A stretch of DNA of 63,940 nt, the filler included. It is 6 parts of 6 records of this genome, joined end to end, with 100 filler letters (N's around TTAATTAATTAA, not from the genome) between each part and the next. Parts side by side here need not be neighbours in the genome. Positions count along the whole stretch, not along the records: positions 42,843 to 57,057 come from SRR20825010_1689; positions 57,158 to 60,398 come from SRR20825010_1715; 4 more parts are not named here. One strand, given 5' to 3'. The position numbers and the translations under genes are program-made. Shown here in pieces: positions 47,884-57,364 of this stretch (position 1 is its first letter; every line of letters begins with the position of its first letter). The notes under the pieces are model-generated. The model worked only from the letters and a program-made list of their open reading frames with translations, made no database searches and was not told the DNA's origin.

Positions 47884-48851
47884 ATACAGAAAGCAGCCAC
47901 CCCTTTGATTTACTGACCCCGGACTACATGCTGGATGCCGTCGATGCCGCCGGCTTTCTCAGCGATGGCCGGCTGCTGCAGCTGAACAGTTTTGAGAACC
48001 GGGTGTATCAGGTGGGCCAGGAAGACGGCCCGCCGGTGATCGTGAAGTTCTACCGCCCGCACCGCTGGAGCGATGAACAAATCCTCGAAGAACATGCTTT
48101 CAGCCTGTTTCTGGCGGACCGGGACCTGCCGGTGGTCGCCCCCATCGAAAAGAACGGCACCAGCCTGTTCCATTGCGACGACTTTGCTTTCGCCGTGTTT
48201 CGCCGCGCCGGTGGCCACGCCCCGGAGCTGGCCAACGACGATCATCTGGAGCAACTGGGGCGCACCCTGGCCCGCTGGCACACCTGTGGCAGCGACCGCC
48301 CCTATCAGACGCGCCCGACCCTGCAGATCGTCGACGATATCCGCACCGCCAGCACCTTTCTCACCAATGAGGTTGTGGACCTGAATTACCGTGGACAATA
48401 TCGGGATGTGACGGGCCAGATACTGGAAAAAGTGGAGCAGCAACTGGGCCAGAGCGAATTTCCCTTATTAAACGTGCACGGCGATTGCCACACCGGCAAT
48501 ATCCTGTGGCGCGACAACAGCCCCCACTTCGTGGACCTGGACGACAGCCTGCGCGCACCGGCCATGCAAGACATCTGGATGCTGCTGTCCGGTGAGCACG
48601 ACGAACAGCAGCACCAACTAAGAGTGCTTGCCCGCGGCTACGACACCTTCCTGCCGTTTCCCTGGAACCAGACCAGCCTGATCGAGCCGCTACGCCTGCG
48701 ACGCATCATCAACTACGACGCCTGGCTGGCAAAACGCTGGGACGACCCGGCCTTTCCCCCCGCCTTCCCGTGGTTCGAATCCATGCATTACTGGGGCAAC
48801 CAGGTGACCTTATTGCAACAGCAGCTGCGCAGTTTGCAGACCCCTCTGTAG
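47880..48851 (+). CDS. srkA: Ser/Thr kinase SrkA (RdoA/YihE)
   Basis: LNSFENRVY, KFYRP, HGDCHTGN, DLDD, WDDPAFP. Confidence 0.93.
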   Translation: MNTESSHPFDLLTPDYMLDAVDAAGFLSDGRLLQLNSFENRVYQVGQEDGPPVIVKFYRPHRWSDEQILEEHAFSLFLADRDLPVVAPIEKNGTSLFHCDDFAFAVFRRAGGHAPELANDDHLEQLGRTLARWHTCGSDRPYQTRPTLQIVDDIRTASTFLTNEVVDLNYRGQYRDVTGQILEKVEQQLGQSEFPLLNVHGDCHTGNILWRDNSPHFVDLDDSLRAPAMQDIWMLLSGEHDEQQHQLRVLARGYDTFLPFPWNQTSLIEPLRLRRIINYDAWLAKRWDDPAFPPAFPWFESMHYWGNQVTLLQQQLRSLQTPL

Positions 48852-48924
48852 AGGAAAACGCTTTTCTGCAGGAGCGTCGCTCGCGGCGCGACAGGGCTGG
48901 CTCCGTGTTTTCTAAAGCCGCTGC

Positions 48925-49095
48925 TGTAGGAGTTCCTCTCGAGGGACGAACCCGAGCCCAGGCGAGGGAAAAGGCGAGGCAGGGGTGCCCGCCCGATCAC
49001 TCTGGAGGCGCCCCGGTTCACAGCAACGACGCTGCTGTACCTACAGGCGTTTTCCACGCTAACGCGTGGTTCGTCCCTCGAGAGGAACTCCTACA
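48925..49095. repeat. GTAG-family REP doublet (REPIN); a further degenerate REP at about 48867-48892
   Basis: TGTAGGAGTTCCTCTCGAGGGACGAACC ... GGTTCGTCCCTCGAGAGGAACTCCTACA; supplies the sfsA stop codon. Confidence 0.85.
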
Positions 49096-49810
49096 ACGCA
49101 ATCGGCAAGGGTTTTTCCAGTTCGAAACCCTCGGCGGATAACGCCACCTTCCAGGCCAGCACCTCCACTCCCTTCTCTATCGCCTCGCGCAACAGCAACC
49201 CATAGCGCACATCGATTTCGTCCGCCGGGCGCGCGGCGGTGGCGCCGCTGTGTTGAACGCAAAAGAACAGCACCGCGCGCTTTCCCGACGCGACCACCGC
49301 CATCAACGTCTGCAAATGCTTCTGCCCCCGCTCAGTGACCGAATCCGGAAAGGCGATAACGCCGTCGTCCTCATCCTCCGGGCCGGGACCCAGGGTGACG
49401 TTTTTCACTTCAATAAAGGTATGTGGGTCGGCCCGCTCGCCCAGCGCCAGGTCAAAGCGACTGTCTCCGTATTTCACCTCCCGCTCCACGCCACTGGCGG
49501 GATTCAACGCGGGAATCTGTCCGGCCCGCACGGCTTCTTCCACCAACGCATTGGGCCGCGCGGTATTGACTCCGGCCCAGTGGCCATGGGCCACCTGCAA
49601 CGCTTCCAAAGTGTGGCGATATTTGCGTTTGGGGTTGCCGCTGTCGGAAATCAGCGCCTGCTGCGGCTCGCCCAGCACGCAATTTTTCATGGACCCGGTA
49701 TTCGGGCAATGCACGGTAATCTCGCTGCCATCGGCGCGGACCACATCCGCCATGAACCGCTTGTAGCGACGCAATAGCGTCACCGCTTCCAGTGGGGGAT
49801 CAAAGATCAC
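49091..49810 (-). CDS. sfsA: DNA/RNA nuclease SfsA
   Basis: RYKRF, HCPNTGSM, EVKNVTL, FPDSVTERGQKHL. Confidence 0.95.
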   Translation of the reverse strand: MIFDPPLEAVTLLRRYKRFMADVVRADGSEITVHCPNTGSMKNCVLGEPQQALISDSGNPKRKYRHTLEALQVAHGHWAGVNTARPNALVEEAVRAGQIPALNPASGVEREVKYGDSRFDLALGERADPHTFIEVKNVTLGPGPEDEDDGVIAFPDSVTERGQKHLQTLMAVVASGKRAVLFFCVQHSGATAARPADEIDVRYGLLLREAIEKGVEVLAWKVALSAEGFELEKPLPIAL

Positions 49811-50976
49811 AGGGACTCCAGATAGTGTTCCAGGCGGTGCAGCGCCTCTGTTAGCCGTGCCTCACTGCAGGTATAGGCCATGCGTACAAAGCGCCGGTGA
49901 TCGTGGCCTTCACCGAAGTCCAATCCCGGCGTCATGGCAACCTTGGCCTTTTCCAGCAGGTCGGCACAAAAGGCAAAACTGTCGTCGGTATAATCACTCA
50001 CATCCGCGTAGATATAAAAGGCGCCGTCCGCCCGAGATACCACCGGCAATTTCAGGTGCGCCAAACCATTCAATAGACACTGGCGGCGGCGCGCCAACAA
50101 CTGATGGCGCTGCTCCAGAATCGTCAGTGTCGGCTCTTGCAGCGCTGCCAACGCCCCATGCTGCGCCGGAGTGGATGGCGCCAGAAACAAATTCTGGGCC
50201 AGCCGCTCGATGGCAGGCACCAGCGGCTCAGGTGCCACCAGCCAGCCCAACCGCCAACCGGTCATGCAGAAATACTTGCTGAAACTGTTGATCACCAGCA
50301 CCGGGGCCGGCCCCGCCAACACCGATGTGGCGGGCTGGGTATAACACAGTCCCTGATAGATCTCGTCCACCAGCAGGATGCCGCCCTTGTCTACGGCGCC
50401 GCGGGCCAGCTGCTGCAAGGCCTCTACCGACAGCATATTGCCGGTGGGGTTGTCCGGACTCGCGACCATGGCCACCCGGGTATTGCTTTGCCAGGCATCC
50501 AGAAACACCACCGGGTCCACATTGAAATGGGCATCCGCCTGCAGCGCTACCGGTTGTGGCTCGCCGCCGACCAACCGCACGAACTGCCGGTTACAAGGAT
50601 AGCCGGGATCGGTGATCAACACGCCGTCGCCGGGATTGAGCAGCGCCGCCAGCGCCAGCTGCAAGGCCCCGGAGGCTCCAGGCGTTACTACCACCTGAGC
50701 AGGGCTGACCTGGGCGTCAAAGCGATTCTGGTAATCCTCGGCGATGGCTTCGCGCAGGGCGGGTAAACCCGCCGCCGGCGTATAGCCGGTATGACCGTGC
50801 GTTACCGCATCCTGAATGGCCGCAAGCACGGGTTCGGGAGTATCAAAATCCGGCTCGCCCACCTCCAGGTGAATCACATCGTGACCTTGAGCAGACAAGG
50901 CTTGGGCACGCTCCAGTAACGCCATCACATGAAACGGCGGAATGCGTCGGGCGAAGTCGGACAGACTGACTGTCAT
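49807..50976 (-). CDS. PLP-dependent class I/II aminotransferase
   Basis: GEPDF, SPDNPTG, DEIY, NSFSKYFCMTGWRLG. Confidence 0.92.
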   Translation of the reverse strand: MTVSLSDFARRIPPFHVMALLERAQALSAQGHDVIHLEVGEPDFDTPEPVLAAIQDAVTHGHTGYTPAAGLPALREAIAEDYQNRFDAQVSPAQVVVTPGASGALQLALAALLNPGDGVLITDPGYPCNRQFVRLVGGEPQPVALQADAHFNVDPVVFLDAWQSNTRVAMVASPDNPTGNMLSVEALQQLARGAVDKGGILLVDEIYQGLCYTQPATSVLAGPAPVLVINSFSKYFCMTGWRLGWLVAPEPLVPAIERLAQNLFLAPSTPAQHGALAALQEPTLTILEQRHQLLARRRQCLLNGLAHLKLPVVSRADGAFYIYADVSDYTDDSFAFCADLLEKAKVAMTPGLDFGEGHDHRRFVRMAYTCSEARLTEALHRLEHYLESL

Positions 50977-51314
50977 GATCATGCTCCCTCGAAAATGCGT
51001 GACTTACGGTATAACAACCGCGCTCCTTCATCTGCTACCCCGTGCCGGGCCCACACAGCAGGGCAAAAACACAGCAAAAGGCGGCCTGTCACAAGATTCC
51101 CCTTTTCTGTTGCGCCTGCATGGCTATAATCGGCCAGATTTTCACCAGCAGTGGTCAGAAAATGTCCAGCGTCCCGCTGATTGGTGACAACCCTTGCCCA
51201 GACGGGGTAAGGTCGAAGATTACATTATGCCCGGGTCTGACGATATCAGCCCGGCACCCAAGGATTGCGGGTTACCGATAGAGAGTCGCGAAGATGCTAA
51301 GGGAGTTAATCAAC

Positions 51315-52475
51315 ATGGCCACCGGCAAGAAAAAAGCCCCCAAGAAGGCGGCTAAAAAACAAACCTCCGGTTCTGCTTCCAGCAGCAAGAAAGCGTCGGC
51401 ATCAGCAAAGGCTGCGCCCAAAAAAGCCGCAGCTAAAAAGGCCGCACCAGCTGCCAAGAAGGCCGTAGCGAAGAAGCCCGCCGCCAAAAAGACCCCGGCC
51501 AAGCCGGCCGCAAAAGCCGCCACCAAGAAGGCTGTCGCCAAGAAAGCGGCAATCAAGAAAGCACCGGCAAAGAAGACCACTGCCGCCAAAACCACCGCGA
51601 AAAAAGCCCCGGTTAAAAAGGCCGCTGCCAAACCTGCAACGAAAGTTGCACCCAAAAAAGCAGCGCCCAAAAAGGCGGTAGCGAAGAAGCCTGCAGCCAG
51701 CAAAACGGCCAGCAAGACAACCGCTACGCCCAAGGCAACACCCCCCAAGAAAGTGGCCGCCAAGAAAGCCGCTGCACCAAAGGCGCCTGCTAAAACTGCA
51801 GCCAGCAAGCCGCAGTCCAAGCCAGCACCCAAGACTGCTGCGAAAAAAGCCGCCGCCAAAAAGGCCGCAGCAGCCCCAAGAACCAAATTACCGGCCTCAG
51901 GCAAGGCCACCGCAGCGGCCCGTGCGGCCGCAGCGAAAGCAACCGCAGGTTCTGCACGGACTGCAACCGCCGGCAAAAGGACTTCGCCGAGCCGTTCCCC
52001 CTCTTCTGCTCAGGTAAATCCGAAAGTGAAAAAGAAAAGCACCAGTTCCTCCGCATCACAGGCCCAGGTTCACGGCTTCACGCCTTACCAGCCCGGTCCT
52101 GACGAGGAATACATGAACGAAAAGCAACGCGAACACTTCCGCAATATCCTGCTGGCCTGGCGCCAGGAGCTGATGGAAGAAGCGGACCGCACCATGCACC
52201 ACCTACAGGACGAGCAGGCCAACCTGCCCGACCCGGCAGACCGCGCCACCCAGGAAGAAGAATTCGCTCTGGAACTGCGCACCCGCGACCGTGAGCGCAA
52301 ACTGCTCAAGAAAATCGAGAAAACCCTCGATCTGGTGGGCAAGGACGATTACGGCTTCTGCGAAGCCTGTGGCGTAGAAATCGGCATCCGCCGCCTGGAA
52401 GCCCGCCCTACCGCGGAAATGTGCATCGACTGCAAAGAGCTCGCTGAAATCAAGGAAAAGCAGCTGGCCGGATAG
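51315..52475 (+). CDS. dksA: DksA with about 250-aa Lys/Ala/Pro-rich histone-H1-like N-terminal extension
   Basis: C-terminal DPADRATQEEE coiled-coil tip and CEAC...CIDC zinc finger; continuous ORF from a GGGAG RBS; dksA-gluQ synteny. Confidence 0.92.
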   Translation: MATGKKKAPKKAAKKQTSGSASSSKKASASAKAAPKKAAAKKAAPAAKKAVAKKPAAKKTPAKPAAKAATKKAVAKKAAIKKAPAKKTTAAKTTAKKAPVKKAAAKPATKVAPKKAAPKKAVAKKPAASKTASKTTATPKATPPKKVAAKKAAAPKAPAKTAASKPQSKPAPKTAAKKAAAKKAAAAPRTKLPASGKATAAARAAAAKATAGSARTATAGKRTSPSRSPSSAQVNPKVKKKSTSSSASQAQVHGFTPYQPGPDEEYMNEKQREHFRNILLAWRQELMEEADRTMHHLQDEQANLPDPADRATQEEEFALELRTRDRERKLLKKIEKTLDLVGKDDYGFCEACGVEIGIRRLEARPTAEMCIDCKELAEIKEKQLAG

Positions 52476-52478
52476 AGC

Positions 52479-52670
52479 AGTTCAAAGTGAAAAGTTGAAA
52501 GTTGCAACGCGGACTAGCGCGCTGCAACTTTCAGCCGAAGAGGCCGCGCCCAAACCGGGAGAGCGGCCTTTTTGCTTTTATCTCCAGAAGCTAGAGCGCG
52601 GCGGGCACGGCATAGCAAACCACCACGGCTTTGGCCGCGCCTTTTCACTTTCAACTTGAAGCTTTCAACT
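52479..52670. repeat. 7-nt-periodic inverted-arm element with central terminator-like hairpin
   Basis: AGTTCAA-AGTGAAA-AGTTGAA-AGTTGCA-ACGCGG ... CCGCGC-CT-TTTCACT-TTCAACT-TGAAGCT-TTCAACT; shares AAGAGGCCGCGCCCAA with 922-937. Confidence 0.7.
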
Positions 52671-53549
52671 ATGGTTTATCGAGGACGTTTCGCTCCCACC
52701 CCCTCTGGCCCGTTGCACTTCGGCTCGCTGGTGGCGGCCCTGGCCAGTTGGCTTGAGGCCCGTCATCAAGGGGGGCAGTGGCTGGTTCGCATTGATGACC
52801 TGGACCCGCCCCGGGAAGCCCCCGGTGCCGCTGATCATATCCTGATGCAACTCGAAGCCTTCGGGCTGCACTGGGACGAAACCGTGCGCTACCAGAGCCA
52901 GCGCAGCGAAGCCTACCAGGCGGCAATGACACAATTGCTCGATACTGGCCACGCCTTTCATTGCCGCATGACCCGCAAACAACTGGCCACCCTGGACCAC
53001 TGTCACCCGGGCATCGACGCGGCCGTTCCCGCCGCCTCTGACACCGCCATTCGCCTGCATGTACCAGACCGTCAGCTTTGTTACCCGGACGGCATTCAAG
53101 GGCAAGTCTGCAATAACCTCCACCGCGATGGCGGTGCCTTCGTGATTCGTCGCCGCGACGGCCTGTTCGGCTACCAGCTTGCCTGCGCTCTGGACGATGC
53201 GGACGACAACATTACCCATGTGCTGCGCGGTGCCGACCTGCTCGATTCCACCTTGCGCCAGTGCTGGCTGCTGGAATGCCTGGGCCGCCCTGCACCCCGC
53301 TACGCTCACCTGCCGGTCATCCTGGATGGCCGCGCCACCAAGCTATCAAAATCCGCCGGCAGCGATGCGCTCGCCCCGGACCAGGCCAGCCACCTGCTGG
53401 GTGCAGCGTTCCTCGGTATGGGCTTAACCGTGCCCGAGGCACTGTCAGGCGCGCCGGTCACTGAGCTGCTGAACTGGGGCATTAGTCATTACAGGAAACA
53501 CCGCTGGCCACCCGGGCAGACACAACCGTTACCGGCAATCCTCACGTAG
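52671..53549 (+). CDS. gluQ: Glutamyl-Q tRNA(Asp) synthetase
   Basis: YRGRFAPTPSGPLHFGS, RIDDLDPPRE, RGADL, KLSKS. Confidence 0.93.
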   Translation: MVYRGRFAPTPSGPLHFGSLVAALASWLEARHQGGQWLVRIDDLDPPREAPGAADHILMQLEAFGLHWDETVRYQSQRSEAYQAAMTQLLDTGHAFHCRMTRKQLATLDHCHPGIDAAVPAASDTAIRLHVPDRQLCYPDGIQGQVCNNLHRDGGAFVIRRRDGLFGYQLACALDDADDNITHVLRGADLLDSTLRQCWLLECLGRPAPRYAHLPVILDGRATKLSKSAGSDALAPDQASHLLGAAFLGMGLTVPEALSGAPVTELLNWGISHYRKHRWPPGQTQPLPAILT

Positions 53550-53675
53550 AGTGGCTCGGGGGGTTACCCCCGCCTGCCACGCTTATGACCGCAATGACAG
53601 CCCCCGCGTCTGGCCGCGCTTTTACAGTGAATCGGTGCTGACGTATGCTCTTCGACCAGAGGGCCTTAACCACCT

Positions 53676-53852
53676 ATGTATACTGATCGCCTGCTTATTA
53701 TTTTTATTCTCGGCACCTACTTGCTGTCCCCGGCCATTATTGACTGGTGGAGCGAAGGCGGCCGCGCCTGGTATCGCCCCTACCTGATCTGGCTGGGCCT
53801 GATCGCGCTGAGCTACTGGATTGCCAAGAGCAAGGATGTCGATGGTCTATAG
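53676..53852 (+). CDS. cbrX: CbrX-like 58-aa membrane peptide
   Basis: Manual translation MYTDRLLIIFILGTYLLSPAIIDWWSEGGRAWYRPYLIWLGLIALSYWIAKSKDVDGL; overlaps the cbrA start; absent from the ORF track. Confidence 0.85.
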   Translation: MYTDRLLIIFILGTYLLSPAIIDWWSEGGRAWYRPYLIWLGLIALSYWIAKSKDVDGL

Positions 53853-56784
53853 TGTCAGCGACCTCATCCTGATTGCCTGTGGCTACCTGTTCTTTTTATT
53901 CATGGTGGCCTGGATTACCGAGCGCGGCTGGTTGCCGGCGCGCTGGGTACGTCACCCGGCCGTTTATGTTTTCTCTCTGGGCGTCTATGCCAGTGCCTGG
54001 GCGGTGTACGGCTCGGTAGGTTATGCCTACCAGTACGGCTATAACTTCCTGTCCTATTTTCTTGGCATCTCCGGCGTCTTTCTGCTCGCGCCAATTCTGC
54101 TTGCGCCGATACTTCGGCTCACCACCACCTACCAGTTAAGCTCACTGGCCGATCTGTTTGCGTTCCGCTATCGCAGTCGCCTGGCCGGGGCCATGACCAC
54201 CATCATCATGCTCATCGGCGTGCTGCCGTTGCTGGCACTGCAATTGAAAGCGGTGGCGGAATCCATCCAGATTCTCAGCGGCACCTCCGACCCTCGCGAC
54301 CTGGCCGCCGGCTTCTGCCTGATGATGGTAATCTTCGCCATCCTGTTCGGCGCCCGCCACGCCACCGCCCGGGAAAAGCACGAAGGGCTGGTGGTGGCCA
54401 TCGCCATGGAATCACTGATCAAATTGCTGGCCTTCGGCGCGGTGGCCCTGCTGGGCCTGTATGGCGTGTTTGATGGCCCGGAAAGTCTGGGCAACTGGCT
54501 GGACGAGCACCCGGAAATGCTGTCACGGCTGTACTACCCACTGCAGGATGGCACCTGGCATTCCATGATCATGGCGTTTTTCGTCTCCGCCGTGGTGCTG
54601 CCACACATGTTCTACATGGCGTTCACCGAAAACCTGAACCCCCGCGCCCTGATCACTGCCAGCTGGGCGCTGCCGCTGATGTTCCTGGTCATGGCACTGT
54701 GCGTGCCGGTGATACTGTGGGCCGCCGCCGCCAGCAACGCCCCCACCTCGCCGGACTACTATGCGCTGGGCATTGGTATGGTCACCGGCGGACACGGCGC
54801 CATCCTCGGTTATATCGCCGGCCTGGCCGGCGCCAGCGGCATGCTGATTGTGGCCACTCTGGCCCTGTCCGGCATGTGCCTGAACCACCTGGTCCTGCCA
54901 GCCAGCCCACTGCATCAGGGCCAGAACCTGTACCGCAATCTGCTCTGGACCCGGCGCATTCTGATCGCCGCGATCCTCGCTCTGGCCTATCTGTTCTACC
55001 GTTTCACCGGCACCGAGCACACCTTGGTAGAGCTGGGCGTACTCTCGTTCGTGGCCACACTGCAATTTGTTCCCGGCCTGATTGGCGCCCTGTTCTGGCC
55101 CTCCGGCAACCGCAACGGCCTGTTCGCCGGTCTGGTCGTGGGCTTCCTGCTGTGGCTACTGCTACTGCTACTGCCGATCACCTACCCGCAATGGCAATTC
55201 CAGGGGTTGATGGAATTGCTGGGCATGCGCTTTCAGACCGGCGCCAGCCAATGGCACCACGTGGCCATTGCCTCGGTCACGGCCAACACTCTGATCTACG
55301 CCATCGTTTCCATTGTTACGCCCATGTCCCGGGCCGAACAGAACGCCGCGGAAGCCTGCGCGGTGGACAGCTTGCGCCGCCCTTACCGCTGGGAACTGGA
55401 AGCCAAAAGCGTGGACGATTTCATTGATGCACTGACTCAGCCCCTGGGGCCCATCACTGCCACCCGGGAAGTGGAAATGGCGCTGCGTGATTTGCGCCTT
55501 CCGCGAACCGAAACCCGACCCTATGCTCTGCGGCGTTTGCGTGACCAGCTGGAAACCAACCTGTCCGGCCTCCTTGGCCCCTCGGTCTCGCACCAGTTGA
55601 TGGACGATCATCTGCCTTACTTGCCCGAAGAAGAACAAAGCTCCAGCGAAGACATCCAGTTTATCGAGTCGCGGCTGGAACAATACCGTGACCGACTCTC
55701 CGGGCTGGCCGCAGAACTGGATGGCCTGCGGCGCTTCCACCGCCAGACCTTGCTGGAACTGCCCATGGGCGTTATTTCCCTGGGCGCAGACCGGGAAATC
55801 ATTGGCTGGAACCGGGCCATGGAAGAGCTGACCGGCATCACCGCCGCCGACACCATCGGCTCCCGGCTCGCAGACCTGGACCCACCATGGGGACAATTCC
55901 TGACCCAGTTCAGCCACGACGACAACCCTCACCAGCCGCAACAGTCGCTGGACGTGGACCAGCAAACCCGCTGGCTCAGCCTGCATAAATCTGAAGTGCT
56001 GGGCACTGGCACATCGGAACAGGCAGGCGGTCAGGTCGTGGTGATCGAAGACATTACCGAGCTACGCCACATGGAAGCCCACCTGGCACACAACGAACGG
56101 CTTGCCTCCATCGGCCGGCTGGCCGCCGGAGTTGCTCACGAAATTGGCAACCCGGTGACCGCCATTGCCTGCCTGGCGCAAAACCTGGACAGTGAAACCG
56201 ATGCGGAAGAACAACTGGAATCCAGCCAGCAGATCCTTGAGCAGACGCGGCGCATCACCCGCATCGTGGAATCACTGGTTACCTTCAGCCACTCCGGCGG
56301 CATCAAACATAGCCAGCACGTGCCGGTGAATATTCGTGATACCGTTGACGAAGCCATCTCCCTGTTGCTGCTCGACCCGGACCACCGCCAGCAGCCTTTC
56401 GGCAACCAATGCGAGCCACAACACTGGGTACAGGGCGACCCGCAACGCTTGCTGCAGGTTTTCATTAACTTGCTGGGCAATGCCGCCGATGCCAGCGTCG
56501 ACAAACAGCCAGTGATTGTTCGCTGCGAATCCATCGACGAAATGCTCGATGTGATTGTGGAAGACCAGGGACACGGCATCCCGAATGAACTGCGCGACGC
56601 CCTGTTCGAACCCTTCGTCACCAGTAAGCCACCGGGCCGGGGAACAGGCCTTGGGTTGGCGCTGGTTTACAGTATTATCGAAGAACACTTGGGGGCGATT
56701 CGGGTAGAAAGCCCGATCACCGACCAGGGCGGCACCCGGTTTATTATTCGGCTTCCCATGCACGCCCCCACCTCCGGTGTGTAA
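53842..56784 (+). CDS. cbrA: SLC5-transporter/PAS/histidine kinase CbrA
   Basis: N-terminal multi-TM SLC5-like domain (SLGVYASAWA), PAS, AHEIGNP H-box, GTGLGL G2 box. Confidence 0.92.
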   Translation: MVYSVSDLILIACGYLFFLFMVAWITERGWLPARWVRHPAVYVFSLGVYASAWAVYGSVGYAYQYGYNFLSYFLGISGVFLLAPILLAPILRLTTTYQLSSLADLFAFRYRSRLAGAMTTIIMLIGVLPLLALQLKAVAESIQILSGTSDPRDLAAGFCLMMVIFAILFGARHATAREKHEGLVVAIAMESLIKLLAFGAVALLGLYGVFDGPESLGNWLDEHPEMLSRLYYPLQDGTWHSMIMAFFVSAVVLPHMFYMAFTENLNPRALITASWALPLMFLVMALCVPVILWAAAASNAPTSPDYYALGIGMVTGGHGAILGYIAGLAGASGMLIVATLALSGMCLNHLVLPASPLHQGQNLYRNLLWTRRILIAAILALAYLFYRFTGTEHTLVELGVLSFVATLQFVPGLIGALFWPSGNRNGLFAGLVVGFLLWLLLLLLPITYPQWQFQGLMELLGMRFQTGASQWHHVAIASVTANTLIYAIVSIVTPMSRAEQNAAEACAVDSLRRPYRWELEAKSVDDFIDALTQPLGPITATREVEMALRDLRLPRTETRPYALRRLRDQLETNLSGLLGPSVSHQLMDDHLPYLPEEEQSSSEDIQFIESRLEQYRDRLSGLAAELDGLRRFHRQTLLELPMGVISLGADREIIGWNRAMEELTGITAADTIGSRLADLDPPWGQFLTQFSHDDNPHQPQQSLDVDQQTRWLSLHKSEVLGTGTSEQAGGQVVVIEDITELRHMEAHLAHNERLASIGRLAAGVAHEIGNPVTAIACLAQNLDSETDAEEQLESSQQILEQTRRITRIVESLVTFSHSGGIKHSQHVPVNIRDTVDEAISLLLLDPDHRQQPFGNQCEPQHWVQGDPQRLLQVFINLLGNAADASVDKQPVIVRCESIDEMLDVIVEDQGHGIPNELRDALFEPFVTSKPPGRGTGLGLALVYSIIEEHLGAIRVESPITDQGGTRFIIRLPMHAPTSGV

Positions 56785-56820
56785 GGCGCCACTGCAAGAC
56801 AGGACAGGATCAAGTCATTC

Positions 56821-57057
56821 ATGAGTCACATTCTGATTGTTGAAGATGAGCCGGTTATTCGCGGCGCCCTGCGCAAACTGCTGGTGCGCCACGAACACTC
56901 GGTTGAAGAAGCGGAATCCGTGGAACAGGCCCGCGAATACAGCCTCAATCAGTTCGACCTGATCATCAGCGACTTGCGTCTGCCCGGCGACCCCGGCACC
57001 AGCCTCATCGCCACCGCCGGCAATACACCGGTGCTGATCATGACCAGCTATGCCAGC
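56821..57057 (+). CDS. cbrB: Response regulator CbrB, 3'-truncated
   Basis: ILIVEDE, SDLRLPG, MTSYAS; follows cbrA. Confidence 0.88.
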
Positions 57058-57157
57058 NNNNNNNNNNNNNNNNNNNNNNNNNNNNNNNNNNNNNNNNNNN
57101 NTTAATTAATTAANNNNNNNNNNNNNNNNNNNNNNNNNNNNNNNNNNNNNNNNNNNN

Positions 57158-57194
57158 CGTCACGGGCGATCAATTCAAAAGATGTCTGTGCCAT
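57158..57194 (-). CDS. 5' end of a gene truncated by the contig edge, possibly tgt
   Basis: MAQTSFELIARD resembles TGT N-termini; only 12 codons visible. Confidence 0.3.
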
Positions 57195-57364
57195 GCGCGC
57201 CCCTCTACACCCTTCCCCCGCCGGAACAAAGCCGCAAAACGTGCCCCACGCCCCAACCCGAGGCAAGGCACCGCAGGGGCCACAGCCAAGGCACCCTGTG
57301 CGCGCTTGCGCGCTCAATCGGATCACCGCTTGCCCATTGCCGCGGACCCCGCCACTCTGCCGAC

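Noticed and set aside
42843-49095. REP repeats as a possible CRISPR array
   Set aside because: They are inverted doublets, not regularly spaced direct repeats; no cas genes.
51272-51976. 234-aa hydrophobic Ala/Phe/Leu-rich minus-strand ORF
   Set aside because: Antisense shadow of the Lys/Ala repeat region of dksA.
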